NCBI GenBank assembly: GCA_964640775.1
Contig: CAZXIT010000002.1
Span: forward strand, 1 to 43,207
Direction: 5' to 3'
Source of the DNA: an uncultured Candidatus Saccharibacteria bacterium
GTDB taxonomy: Bacteria; Patescibacteriota; Saccharimonadia; Saccharimonadales; UBA4665
DNA: 43,207 nt
The notes beneath the pieces were generated by a model that saw only the letters and a program-made list of their open reading frames with translations, did no database searches and was not told where the DNA came from. Positions 1 to 9,055 of this stretch are shown here, piece by piece. A program made the translations under genes and the position numbers. Numbering within the stretch: the first letter of the stretch is position 1; each line of letters begins with the position of its first letter.

Positions 1-13
1 TAATATTTAGCAT

Positions 14-1840
14 ATGCAGTATAACAATACTGGGAATAAAAAAACAATAGTTCCGGCAAATATTCGCGAACATTTAATTGAATTTGCCAAGAAATACTGG
101 CTGGCCCTGGCATTTTTAGCCGCTTTTTCTCTGGTAGATATCGGGATTGGCTTGCTACAGCCCTGGCCGACAAAAATATTTATTGATTCGGTTGTCGGCA
201 CCATTCGGGCACCCGGGCCGCTGGCGCCGTATACTCATGACACCATCCTGCTGTTTATAGTTGTGGTGGTCTCGGCGGCACTTTTTGTGGTAGGCGGCAT
301 TTCCAGCTATATCCAAATGCGCGTCAGCGCCTGGTTGAATTTCGCTATCGACAAGACCATCCAGCAAAACCTGTTTGAAAAAATTCTTGGTCTGCCTCCC
401 GACAGCTTCAGCGAGCATACCGTCGGCGATTACCTATTTCGTCAAACTTCCGAAACCAAAGCCGTAGCAGATTTTATAATCGAGGTTAGCCTGACTGCTT
501 TTGAATCAATTATTCGTCTGGTCGGAGCAGTTATTATCCTGATGCTCATTAACTGGCAGCTTGGCTTAATCGCCTTGGCGCCGGTGCCGATTATCATTTT
601 TGCAATCAAATACTTTAACCCGATTATTGAGCGCCAGGCGCGCGCTCTGCGCGAGACATCGTCTCAGCTATTTAGCTTCACCGAGGAGTCAATGAACCAG
701 AGCCGTCTGATCCGGTTGTTTGACCGTATAAGGTCGCAGTCGGCCCAATTGATCAATTTGCTGGGCGTCAACTACCAAGCCGGACTGAAGCAGCGAAAAA
801 CCACGTACTTTTTTAACTTGACCAACTCAACGGGGTCGCTGGTGCAGTCGACTGTGCTGCTGCTGGCTGGCGGCGTCCTGATACTCCATGGCAAATTGAC
901 GATTGGCGAGCTGGTGATCTTTTTTAGCTACGTCAGCTACCTGACGGGTCCGCTGCATGCTATCGCTGGTACGATCAACCAGATTAAGACGCTCAAAATC
1001 CATCTCACCAAAGTCTATGAGATCGTGGACGCTCCCGAAGCAGGCCGGCCGACGCTTGTCGGCGCCCAGGCCGCTCGCCGCACAAAACTGCCTGATAGAA
1101 AAATACCGCTTATCGCCTTTCGCAATGTCAGCGTAGTACGCGGCGGCCACACTGTGCTTTCTGATGTCTCATTTGATATATATGCCAACCAAAAGGTGGG
1201 CTTCATCGGGCCCAGCGGCAGCGGCAAGTCCACATTATTTGACGTTATGCTCGGTTTTATCCCTTACCAGAGCGGGGAAATTTACCTGAGCGGCGTGCCG
1301 CTTGAGGGCTTTGATGTTCGCGATGTCCGCCAGCATTTTAGCGTCGTATCCCAGGAGTCCGACCTGCTGACAATGACAGTGCAGGATAATATCGCCTTTG
1401 GCGCTCCAATCGACAGCCAGCCAACAATTGAACAGATCACCGCCGCGGCGGATTCGGCCAATGCCACGGAATTCATCATCAATCTGCCAAATATGTTTGA
1501 CACGATGGTCGGTGACAGCAGTGTCAGCTTGTCCGGCGGCCAAAAACAGCGTATCTCGATTGCTCGCTCCCTGCTGCGCAACGCCCCCATCCTGCTGCTG
1601 GACGAGCCGACATCGGCGCTCGATCGGCGCTCAGCCAAAGAAGTCTTAGGGGCGCTCAACAACCTCATGAAGCATCGTACCAGTATGTTTATTACCCACG
1701 ATACATCGATACTGGACACCATGGACCGCGTCTATGTCATCAAGGATGGCACGGTACTGCCGGTTGAATCATACGGCGGCTTGGACGGGTATGAGGCGAT
1801 GCTGTCGGAGCCGCAAAAGATATCAATCAGCAGAAAATAA
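14..1840 (+). CDS. ABC transporter, fused permease/ATP-binding protein (type-1 exporter, MsbA/MdlB-like)
   Basis: 608-aa ORF. Multi-TM N-terminal half, then an NBD with Walker A GPSGSGKST, ABC signature LSGGQKQR and Walker B ILLLDEPTS. A TAATAT hexamer (1-6) lies 7 nt upstream of the ATG at the window edge. Confidence 0.9.
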   Translation: MQYNNTGNKKTIVPANIREHLIEFAKKYWLALAFLAAFSLVDIGIGLLQPWPTKIFIDSVVGTIRAPGPLAPYTHDTILLFIVVVVSAALFVVGGISSYIQMRVSAWLNFAIDKTIQQNLFEKILGLPPDSFSEHTVGDYLFRQTSETKAVADFIIEVSLTAFESIIRLVGAVIILMLINWQLGLIALAPVPIIIFAIKYFNPIIERQARALRETSSQLFSFTEESMNQSRLIRLFDRIRSQSAQLINLLGVNYQAGLKQRKTTYFFNLTNSTGSLVQSTVLLLAGGVLILHGKLTIGELVIFFSYVSYLTGPLHAIAGTINQIKTLKIHLTKVYEIVDAPEAGRPTLVGAQAARRTKLPDRKIPLIAFRNVSVVRGGHTVLSDVSFDIYANQKVGFIGPSGSGKSTLFDVMLGFIPYQSGEIYLSGVPLEGFDVRDVRQHFSVVSQESDLLTMTVQDNIAFGAPIDSQPTIEQITAAADSANATEFIINLPNMFDTMVGDSSVSLSGGQKQRISIARSLLRNAPILLLDEPTSALDRRSAKEVLGALNNLMKHRTSMFITHDTSILDTMDRVYVIKDGTVLPVESYGGLDGYEAMLSEPQKISISRK

Positions 1841-1867
1841 TCGGGCAATGCCGTATAATTGCCGGTA

Positions 1868-2845
1868 ATGATATTGGCAGGCAAAACTTTAGACCAGTAC
1901 CTCCTGGAACAGCTCAAGGGGCACCCGGAACGGCTGGAGCTAGTGATGGTGATGTCTAATATCGCCACGATTGGCAAGCTGATTTCGGCTCGCACCAACC
2001 GCGCTGGACTGGCTAATGTACGGGGTATGACTGGCAGCACCAACATCCAGGATGAATCACAAGCCAAACTCGATATCTACACCAACGAACTCTGCAAAGA
2101 TTATTTAAAAAGCACTGGGCTGTTCGCGGCGCTGGCCAGTGAAGAGGAAGAGAGCGTTGTCGACCTGGAGAGTCCCGAGGCGCGCTATATCATCGCCTTT
2201 GACCCGCTGGACGGCAGCAGCAATATCGACGTCAACGTCAGTATTGGCACTATTTTTTCAGTCCATAAGCGGCTCAATGACATCCCGCCGGGCGACGAAC
2301 GGCAATTTTTGCAGGCTGGCCGCGACCAAGTGCTGGCAGGCTATGTATTATACGGCCCCAGCACTATGCTGGTGTTTAGCTGGGGCGATGGCGTGCATGA
2401 GTTTACCCTTGATGTCGACCTCGGTGAATTTCTACTTAGCAATAATCATTTGATTATGCCTGATGATTCTCCATACTACAGTGTCAATGAAGGCTATAGC
2501 AGCTACATGGCTTCTCGGGATCAAGCCTACGTCGCCCAGCTTAAAAACAAGATAGGGCGGCTGCGCTGGATCGGCTCATTTGTGGCCGACTTTCACCGTA
2601 CGCTGCTGAAGGGAGGGGTGTTTTTCTACCCCGCCGTCGACACTGCAGGCGGACAAAATTTTAAGCCCAAACTGCGGCTTAATTACGAAGCCAAACCTAT
2701 CGCCTTCCTAGCTCAGCAGGCCGGGGGACTGGCCAGCAGCGGCGCCGAAGATATTCTGGCAATCGTACCGACCGCACTGCACCAGCGGGTGCCGGTTATT
2801 ATCGGTAATACAGAGCTCGTAACACTATACAAGGAGACATCGTGA
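1868..2845 (+). CDS. fbp: fructose-1,6-bisphosphatase, class I
   Basis: Class I FBPase motif DPLDGSSNIDVNVSIGTIFSV plus KPKLRLNYEAKP. The ORF track opens at TTG 1859, but ATG 1868 sits 8 nt after TATAAT (1854-1859). The stop overlaps the next gene start (GTGA at 2842-2845). Confidence 0.9.
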   Translation: MILAGKTLDQYLLEQLKGHPERLELVMVMSNIATIGKLISARTNRAGLANVRGMTGSTNIQDESQAKLDIYTNELCKDYLKSTGLFAALASEEEESVVDLESPEARYIIAFDPLDGSSNIDVNVSIGTIFSVHKRLNDIPPGDERQFLQAGRDQVLAGYVLYGPSTMLVFSWGDGVHEFTLDVDLGEFLLSNNHLIMPDDSPYYSVNEGYSSYMASRDQAYVAQLKNKIGRLRWIGSFVADFHRTLLKGGVFFYPAVDTAGGQNFKPKLRLNYEAKPIAFLAQQAGGLASSGAEDILAIVPTALHQRVPVIIGNTELVTLYKETS

Positions 2846-3858
2846 AGTACGAACAGCAGCTCAAAGACACCGCCAAAGCGATGGTTGCACCCGGCAAGGG
2901 ATTGCTGGCTGCCGACGAAAGCAGCGGCACCGTCCAGAAGCGTTTTGACGCCGTGGGGCTAGACTGCACGCCGGAAAGTCGCCGCACCTGGCGCCAATTA
3001 CTGTGTACCACTGATGGTATCGAAGAGTATCTAAGCGGCATTATCCTGTTTGACGAAACTATCCGCCAAACAGATGATAGCGGCAAGCCATTTGCCGATG
3101 TACTAAAGAGCAGAGGTATTATTCCCGGCATCAAGGTCGATATGGGAGCCAAAGATTTAGCGCTGCATCCGGGTGAGCTGGTGACCGAAGGCCTTGACGG
3201 CCTGCGGGAGCGTTTTGCCCAATACGCTGCGCTCGGAGCCGGCTTTGCCAAATGGCGAGCGGTTATCACTATCGATGGCGACCGCACCCCAACGGTGGCC
3301 TGCCACAAAGCCAACGCCCATGGCCTGGCTCGCTACGCGGCACTGGCCCAAGAAGCTGGCATTGTGCCGGTTGTCGAACCGGAGGTCTTATTGGATGGCG
3401 ACCACTCGATTGAGCGTTGCCGCGAGGTAATCGCCGAGACGCTTGACGTGCTGTTTTTGGCTCTCAAAGACCAAGACGTGCTGCTCGAAGGGCTGATCCT
3501 AAAAACCAGCATGGCACTGTCCGGCAAAGACGCGGCGGATCGCGCCGATGTGCGGACGGTCGCTGAGCAAACACTCAAGTGCCTTACGGAACATGTCCCC
3601 GCCAATCTGGCCGGGGTGGTGTTTTTATCCGGCGGGCAGACCGAGCTGGAAGCTACCGCCCATCTGGACGCCATGAACAAAATTGGCGGGGCGCCGTGGC
3701 CGCTCAGTTTTTCATACAGCCGTGCCATCCAAAATCCGGTTTTAAAATTATGGGCTGCCGGCGACGCTGACCGAGCTCGGGCCGCATACCTGCATCGGCT
3801 CAAGGCCAACAGCCTGGCGGCTGGCGGCACATGGTCTGAAGCATTTGAGAGCCGATAG
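2842..3858 (+). CDS. fba: fructose-bisphosphate aldolase, class I (Schiff-base, eukaryote-type)
   Basis: The N-terminal GKGLLAADESSGTVQKRF motif and overall 338-aa layout match class I aldolases. The GTG start is translationally coupled to the fbp stop. Confidence 0.88.
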   Translation: MKYEQQLKDTAKAMVAPGKGLLAADESSGTVQKRFDAVGLDCTPESRRTWRQLLCTTDGIEEYLSGIILFDETIRQTDDSGKPFADVLKSRGIIPGIKVDMGAKDLALHPGELVTEGLDGLRERFAQYAALGAGFAKWRAVITIDGDRTPTVACHKANAHGLARYAALAQEAGIVPVVEPEVLLDGDHSIERCREVIAETLDVLFLALKDQDVLLEGLILKTSMALSGKDAADRADVRTVAEQTLKCLTEHVPANLAGVVFLSGGQTELEATAHLDAMNKIGGAPWPLSFSYSRAIQNPVLKLWAAGDADRARAAYLHRLKANSLAAGGTWSEAFESR

Positions 3859-3894
3859 TTCGCTATATCGGTTAAGAGCCGCTATTATGATTGT

Positions 3895-6741
3895 ATGAGG
3901 AACCAGGGAGCTAACAAAAAATCAGGTTTGGGCCGCTTGCAGCGCGTCAGCGCGCGCTCGTTTAAACATCCCCGTCAGACAGCCCTGATCTGGCTGGTTT
4001 TGGTACTCTTCGGCGCCACCTGCTATGGCACCTTGCTCAAGCGCGAAGGCTTTCCCAGCATCAATACGCCGTTTGCAATTGCCAGCGGCAGCTACCTGGT
4101 CGGTGATCCCGCCGCAATGGACAAAGAAGTCGCCAAACCGCTCAGCGAGTTTTTACTCAAACAGGACGGTGTCAAATCTGTCCAAACCCAAAGTTTCGCT
4201 AATTTTTACAATGCCCAGGTATCCTACAAGGACGGGGTCAACGCCGATACTCGCAGCGCTGCTCTAACCAAAGAAATTACTGGCCGCCACCTGCTGCCGG
4301 AGCGGGCAACCTTTAAACTGGCTCCCTTTGAATTCGGCTTTACCAGCCGCGGCGATGACCTGGTTGTCTCTTTTTACAGTCAAAACAACGGCGCTAGCAC
4401 CGAAGACCTGCTAGCTCACGGCAAACAGGCAGCGGCTTTTATAAAAAATAAGCACTTGCCGCTGGTGCATGATGTGTCGGTCATCGATCCCTTTGAATCA
4501 GCTACCAACCCGCTCACCGGCCTGCTGGAAACCAACCAAAAGTCGTTTGACCGCTTTGGCCAGCGGCAGGCAAGTGCTAATACCTTCTACACATCTATAG
4601 TGGTCGGCGTGAAAGCCCAGGACGGTGCCGACAATCTCGAATTAGATGCCCAGGTGCAAACAGCGGTTGCGGCGCTTAACCAGCGGGCGGCGTTCAAGGG
4701 CTACCATGCCGAAATCAGCGCCAGCTTTGCCCCCCAGATCAGGGAACAGGTCAATGAGCTGCAGACCTCGCTGCTGGAAGGCTTGGTGGCAGTACTCATT
4801 ATCGGCTCGCTGGTGATCGCCATACGGGCTTCAATCGTCACTGTTTTATCGATGGTGACAGTCCTGGCTATCGTCAATGGCTTGCTCTACCTGTTTGGCT
4901 ACAGCCTCAATACCATCACCTTGTTCGCCCTAATCCTCGGCCTGTCGCTGATTGTCGACGATACCATTATTATGGTAGAGGCGATTGATGCCCAGCGGCG
5001 CAAACAAACCAGCCCCGGCAAGGCTATCAGCGAGGCTACCGGCAAAGTCAGCCGGGCAATGATTGCTGCCACCTCCACATCAGCACTCAGCTTCGCCCCG
5101 CTGATTTTTGTCGGCGGTATCCTCGGCAGCTTTATCCGCGCCATCCCACTAACCATCATTGCCGCGCTATTGACAAGCCTGTTCGTGGCCCTGGTCTTTA
5201 TCCCATTCTTTGCCCGTTATCTGCTGCTCAGCAAAAAGCAAATGGGCGCCAGCAATGTACACGAGCTCAGCGCCGGCATTGAAGCCCGCATCGCCCGCTT
5301 CATATCCGGTCCAATGCTCTGGGCCAAAGGCTCCACTAAGAAGCTCTTCGCCGTCGGCATCATAGCCCTAATCATTGGCTTTGGCTTTATCGGGGCCGGA
5401 GGCTACTTATTCCAAAAGGTAACCTTTAACATCTTCCCGCCGTCCAAAGACGGCAACCAGCTGAGTACCGTCATTACATTCCCGCCCAATACAGATATTA
5501 AACAGGCTCAGGCCACTACCGATAAGGTCGACCACATCATAGGCGATACCACCGGCCAGTACTTCATCAAAGCTTCCTACTTTGGCCAGGCGGATATCCA
5601 AAGCGCCACCCTGACCATGGATATTACCGATTATAAAAAACGCGACATCACGGCTCCGACCATCGCCAAGCAGCTCAATGACAAATTTAAAACATTTTCC
5701 GGAGCCGAGGTTGCTGCCAGCTCGCTTGATAATGCCGGGCCGCCGGCCGCTGCCTTTTCGGTACATATTGCTTCCAGCAAGAACCGGGCAGCCGCCCAAA
5801 AGCTGGCTGACGACGTAGCCAATTACGTACGCCACGATGCCCAGCTCAAACGGACAGACGGCAGCATTGCCAAAATCGACAGTGTCCGGGTCGGCAATGC
5901 CAGTATTTACACCCGGACCGATAACCTGCAGTACATTGATGTAGGCACTAAGTTTGTCGACACCGACACCACTACGCTGGTAAACCTAGCCAAAGATGCT
6001 ATTAAAAAGCAGTTTACCTCTGATAAAATTGCCAGCTATGGCCTGCCCAAAGACGCCCTCATTTTTGACGCCGGCCAGGAAGACCAAAACCAAGACAGCT
6101 TCAAAACCTTGGCGCTGGCTTTTCCAGTCCTACTCTTCGTCATTTACCTAGTGCTGTCCTTCCAGTTCCGCAGTCTGCTGCAGCCAATCCTCATCTTTAT
6201 CGCACTGCCGTTCAGCCTGTTTGGCATTACCCTGGGACTATATCTGACTAATAACGCCTTCAGCTTTTTCGCCATGCTGGGATTCTTCGCACTGATAGGC
6301 TTGAGCATTAAAAATACGATCTTGCTGACTGACTTTGCCAACCAAGCCCGCAAGGCCGGCCTGCACCCGGTCGATGCCGCCCATGAGGCCCTGGCTGAGC
6401 GTTTCCGCCCGCTAGTTGCTACCAGCCTGACGGCGGTATGCTCATTGATCCCGCTGGCTCTGTCCAGCCCATTCTGGGAAGGACTGGCCGTCGTTCTGAT
6501 TTTTGGTTTGCTATCGAGCACTTTCCTGGTGATTACCGTCTTTCCCTACTACTATCTTGGTGCTGAGTTCCTGCGCCAGCATATCAACCGGCGCACCGGT
6601 CTTGGCTGGCTTGTCCTTACGGCCGGTCTGGTCGCACTATGCATCATACGACTATCTCCAAAGCTGGCGATTCTTGGGCCATTCTTGGCGATACTGCTGG
6701 TCAAGCTGATCAAGCTGGGCTACCGAAAAGCCCGCGCCTAG
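3895..6741 (+). CDS. RND-family efflux transporter permease (AcrB/HAE-like), orphan
   Basis: 948-aa ORF with the RND pattern: TM1, a large loop, a TM bundle, a second large loop, then a second TM bundle. No membrane-fusion or outer-membrane-factor gene is adjacent. TATTAT (3883-3888) lies 6 nt upstream of the ATG. Confidence 0.85.
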   Translation: MRNQGANKKSGLGRLQRVSARSFKHPRQTALIWLVLVLFGATCYGTLLKREGFPSINTPFAIASGSYLVGDPAAMDKEVAKPLSEFLLKQDGVKSVQTQSFANFYNAQVSYKDGVNADTRSAALTKEITGRHLLPERATFKLAPFEFGFTSRGDDLVVSFYSQNNGASTEDLLAHGKQAAAFIKNKHLPLVHDVSVIDPFESATNPLTGLLETNQKSFDRFGQRQASANTFYTSIVVGVKAQDGADNLELDAQVQTAVAALNQRAAFKGYHAEISASFAPQIREQVNELQTSLLEGLVAVLIIGSLVIAIRASIVTVLSMVTVLAIVNGLLYLFGYSLNTITLFALILGLSLIVDDTIIMVEAIDAQRRKQTSPGKAISEATGKVSRAMIAATSTSALSFAPLIFVGGILGSFIRAIPLTIIAALLTSLFVALVFIPFFARYLLLSKKQMGASNVHELSAGIEARIARFISGPMLWAKGSTKKLFAVGIIALIIGFGFIGAGGYLFQKVTFNIFPPSKDGNQLSTVITFPPNTDIKQAQATTDKVDHIIGDTTGQYFIKASYFGQADIQSATLTMDITDYKKRDITAPTIAKQLNDKFKTFSGAEVAASSLDNAGPPAAAFSVHIASSKNRAAAQKLADDVANYVRHDAQLKRTDGSIAKIDSVRVGNASIYTRTDNLQYIDVGTKFVDTDTTTLVNLAKDAIKKQFTSDKIASYGLPKDALIFDAGQEDQNQDSFKTLALAFPVLLFVIYLVLSFQFRSLLQPILIFIALPFSLFGITLGLYLTNNAFSFFAMLGFFALIGLSIKNTILLTDFANQARKAGLHPVDAAHEALAERFRPLVATSLTAVCSLIPLALSSPFWEGLAVVLIFGLLSSTFLVITVFPYYYLGAEFLRQHINRRTGLGWLVLTAGLVALCIIRLSPKLAILGPFLAILLVKLIKLGYRKARA

Positions 6742-6744
6742 GCG

Positions 6745-7305
6745 ATGAACCGTACGGCTGCCGGCTATCTGCTGCTCGGGCAGCTGTGCCTGATTGGCTC
6801 GGCCGCCATCTGCTACCTGCTGCTGCCGCAATATACCAGCGGTGGCGGCGGTGCCAGCAATTACGGTGTCCACCGCCAAACCATCGTATTTTTTAGTTTT
6901 GGTCTGCTGGCATGCGGAATATCTACGTCACTGGCTGCTCAGCGTTTAGCGGCTGCTAAACCGCCTCAAATAGCACTCCGCAGAGGCCTGTGGCTTTTGG
7001 CGGCATTATTGATAGCAGTCCTGCTCAGCACTTATCCCTATAAGCTCAATGCCGCGCTCGATGTCCTGCATCGGCTCGTGACAATAGCGCTCTTCGTATA
7101 TGAGATCTTACTAGGCGGATGGCTGGTCTGGCACATCAGCCGCCGTCGGCTCAATTATCTGCTTTTTATTGTACAGCTTGCCGGGTCGCTGCTAGCTGTA
7201 CTAAGTTTATTAGAAATTGTGCATTTGCTATTTATCGCGCAGCTTATAGCGGCGCTGTCATTCGGCGCGCTGCTGGTCTTAGCTACGGCGCATGCCAAGC
7301 GTTGA
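6745..7305 (+). CDS. hypothetical integral membrane protein
   Basis: 186-aa ORF starting 3 nt after the RND stop, so probably co-transcribed. It has about five hydrophobic helices and a GGGG linker after helix 1. I recognise no motif. Confidence 0.55.
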   Translation: MNRTAAGYLLLGQLCLIGSAAICYLLLPQYTSGGGGASNYGVHRQTIVFFSFGLLACGISTSLAAQRLAAAKPPQIALRRGLWLLAALLIAVLLSTYPYKLNAALDVLHRLVTIALFVYEILLGGWLVWHISRRRLNYLLFIVQLAGSLLAVLSLLEIVHLLFIAQLIAALSFGALLVLATAHAKR

Positions 7306-7307
7306 TA

Positions 7308-7316
7308 TGGTACTAT
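7308..7316 (+). promoter_or_regulatory. extended -10 TGgTACTAT, 6 nt upstream of the purH ATG (leaderless-type)
   Basis: Read directly: TGGTACTAT, then taatag, then ATG. Confidence 0.45.
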
Positions 7317-7322
7317 TAATAG

Positions 7323-8993
7323 ATGAAACACAGCGGGGGTATTGCTCTATTATCCGTCTACGACAAGACGGGGATTGTTGAATTTGCCAAAGGACTCAGC
7401 GAACTTGGCTGGCAAATATATGCCTCTGGCGGTACCGCACGGACTGTAGCCGATGCCGGCATCCCAGTCACTGATGTAGCGGAGTTAGTCGGCGGCCAAG
7501 CAATTCTAGGCCACCGGGTAGTCACACTGTCACGCGAAATTTCAGCCGGACTATTGGCCGACAAAAATAGCCCCGAAGATGCAGCCGAGATGAAAGCTCT
7601 CAATCTTCCGTTTATCGACCTGGTCTGTGTCGACATGTACCCCCTGGAGGAAGCTATAAATCGGCCTGGTTCAGGCATGGATGATGTCATCCTCAAAACC
7701 GATATCGGCGGCCCGACGATGCTGCGCTCAGCCGCCAAAGGCCGGAGAATCGCACTGTCTCACGCCGAGCAGCGGCAGCCGGTATTAGACTGGCTCAAGG
7801 CTGGCAGGCCCGATGAAACTGTCTTTCTAAATACATTGGCAAGCCGGGCCGAATACGAGGTCGCCCGCTACGTCATGACTTCAGCCAAGTATCACGGCGG
7901 CCTAGACTTCAGCGGCACACTGGCGCGTCTTAACAGCCCCGCAAAATACGGTGAAAATCCCCATCAGCATCCGGCCGCTTTTTACGCCGATAATCGTGTA
8001 GCTGCCGATCCTCTCGGGATTGATCAGTTCGAGCATGTCCAGGGTATGGAACGCAGTTTTATCAACATGACCGACATCGACCGTTTACTGCAGACAACCA
8101 CCCATATTGCCGCCGGATTCCAGCGCAACTTCGGGGAAATACCGGCCATGGCTGTCGGCGTCAAGCATGGCAATGCCTGCGGCGCCGCTGTCGGCAAAAA
8201 CAGCGTCGAAGCCATCCAAAAAATGCTGCTTGGCGACACGCGGGCTATCTTTGGCGGCGTCATCATGATCAACGGCGAGATCGACAAGGACGCGGCTCAG
8301 GCCCTCATGCACTACGCCATGGACGGCGACCGCCCGCGCCTGCTTGACGGGGTGATTGGCTCTTCAGTTACGAGTGAAGCTTTGGAGCTGCTCAGTCGCA
8401 ACAAGCTGCGTGTCGTGATCAACCCAGCCCTGGCTAATCTCGACGAAGCCTCGCTGGATAGCGGCCGCCGCCAGCGGCCAGTCCGCGGCGGGGTGCTGGA
8501 GCAGCCAAATTATAACTTTATCATGGACTTTTCGGCCGGCTACATGCAGTTCCACGGCGAGATGACCGACCAGCAGAAACGCGATATGATCCTGGGCTGG
8601 GCAGTGGGTGCTACCAGCAACAGCAACACTATCAGCCTCGTCAAAAATGGCCAGCTAATCGGCAATGGCGTCGGCCAGCAGGACCGTATCGGCGCCGGGC
8701 AGCTTGCCCTGGCTCGCACCACCTCCGCAATGCCCGAACTCACCGAGGATGGCGATAATCTAATCCTGAAAATTACTCTCGACAAGCAAAAACTGGCTGG
8801 TGCGGCGGCCTACAGTGACAGCTTCTTTCCATTTCCGGACGGTCCCGAACTCCTCGCCAAGGCTGGTATCCGGGCCGTGCTGACCAGCAGCGGCTCCGTT
8901 GGCGACGAAAAGGTCATCGAAACCCTCCGCAAATACGACGTCGCCATCGCTATGGCTCCGGACAAGCAAGTCCGCGGCTTCTACCTCCACTAA
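7323..8993 (+). CDS. purH: bifunctional AICAR formyltransferase / IMP cyclohydrolase
   Basis: MGS-like N-domain (LLSVYDKTGIVEFAKGL, VDMYPL, DIGGPTMLRSAAKG). AICARFT C-domain (KYGENPHQ, VKHGNACGAAVG, SDSFFPFPDG). Confidence 0.93.
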   Translation: MKHSGGIALLSVYDKTGIVEFAKGLSELGWQIYASGGTARTVADAGIPVTDVAELVGGQAILGHRVVTLSREISAGLLADKNSPEDAAEMKALNLPFIDLVCVDMYPLEEAINRPGSGMDDVILKTDIGGPTMLRSAAKGRRIALSHAEQRQPVLDWLKAGRPDETVFLNTLASRAEYEVARYVMTSAKYHGGLDFSGTLARLNSPAKYGENPHQHPAAFYADNRVAADPLGIDQFEHVQGMERSFINMTDIDRLLQTTTHIAAGFQRNFGEIPAMAVGVKHGNACGAAVGKNSVEAIQKMLLGDTRAIFGGVIMINGEIDKDAAQALMHYAMDGDRPRLLDGVIGSSVTSEALELLSRNKLRVVINPALANLDEASLDSGRRQRPVRGGVLEQPNYNFIMDFSAGYMQFHGEMTDQQKRDMILGWAVGATSNSNTISLVKNGQLIGNGVGQQDRIGAGQLALARTTSAMPELTEDGDNLILKITLDKQKLAGAAAYSDSFFPFPDGPELLAKAGIRAVLTSSGSVGDEKVIETLRKYDVAIAMAPDKQVRGFYLH

Positions 8994-9020
8994 GGCTCAA
9001 AGCATTTTTTGCGAAAAAAG

Positions 9021-9038
9021 TAAAATATGCTAAAATAT
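9021..9038 (+). promoter_or_regulatory. direct repeat TAAAATAT x2 at 10-bp spacing, with an extended -10 (TGcTAAAAT), upstream of the LuxR-like gene
   Basis: TAAAATAT occurs at 9021-9028 and again at 9031-9038. The second copy, together with the preceding TGc, forms an extended -10 located 19 nt upstream of the ATG. Confidence 0.45.
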
Positions 9039-9055
9039 TGCTCTAAAGGAGTCGT

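Noticed and set aside
1844-1863. GGCAAT-8 nt-ATTGCC hairpin after the ABC exporter, as a possible terminator.
   Set aside because: The stem is only 6 bp with no U-tract, and the loop and right arm contain the fbp TATAAT box. The overlap with the promoter is probably coincidental.
9008-9022. T6-GCG-A6 palindrome after the purH stop, as a possible terminator.
   Set aside because: The stem is purely A-T with a 3-nt loop, so it is too weak for an intrinsic terminator. It more likely belongs to the AT-rich promoter/UP region of the LuxR-like gene.
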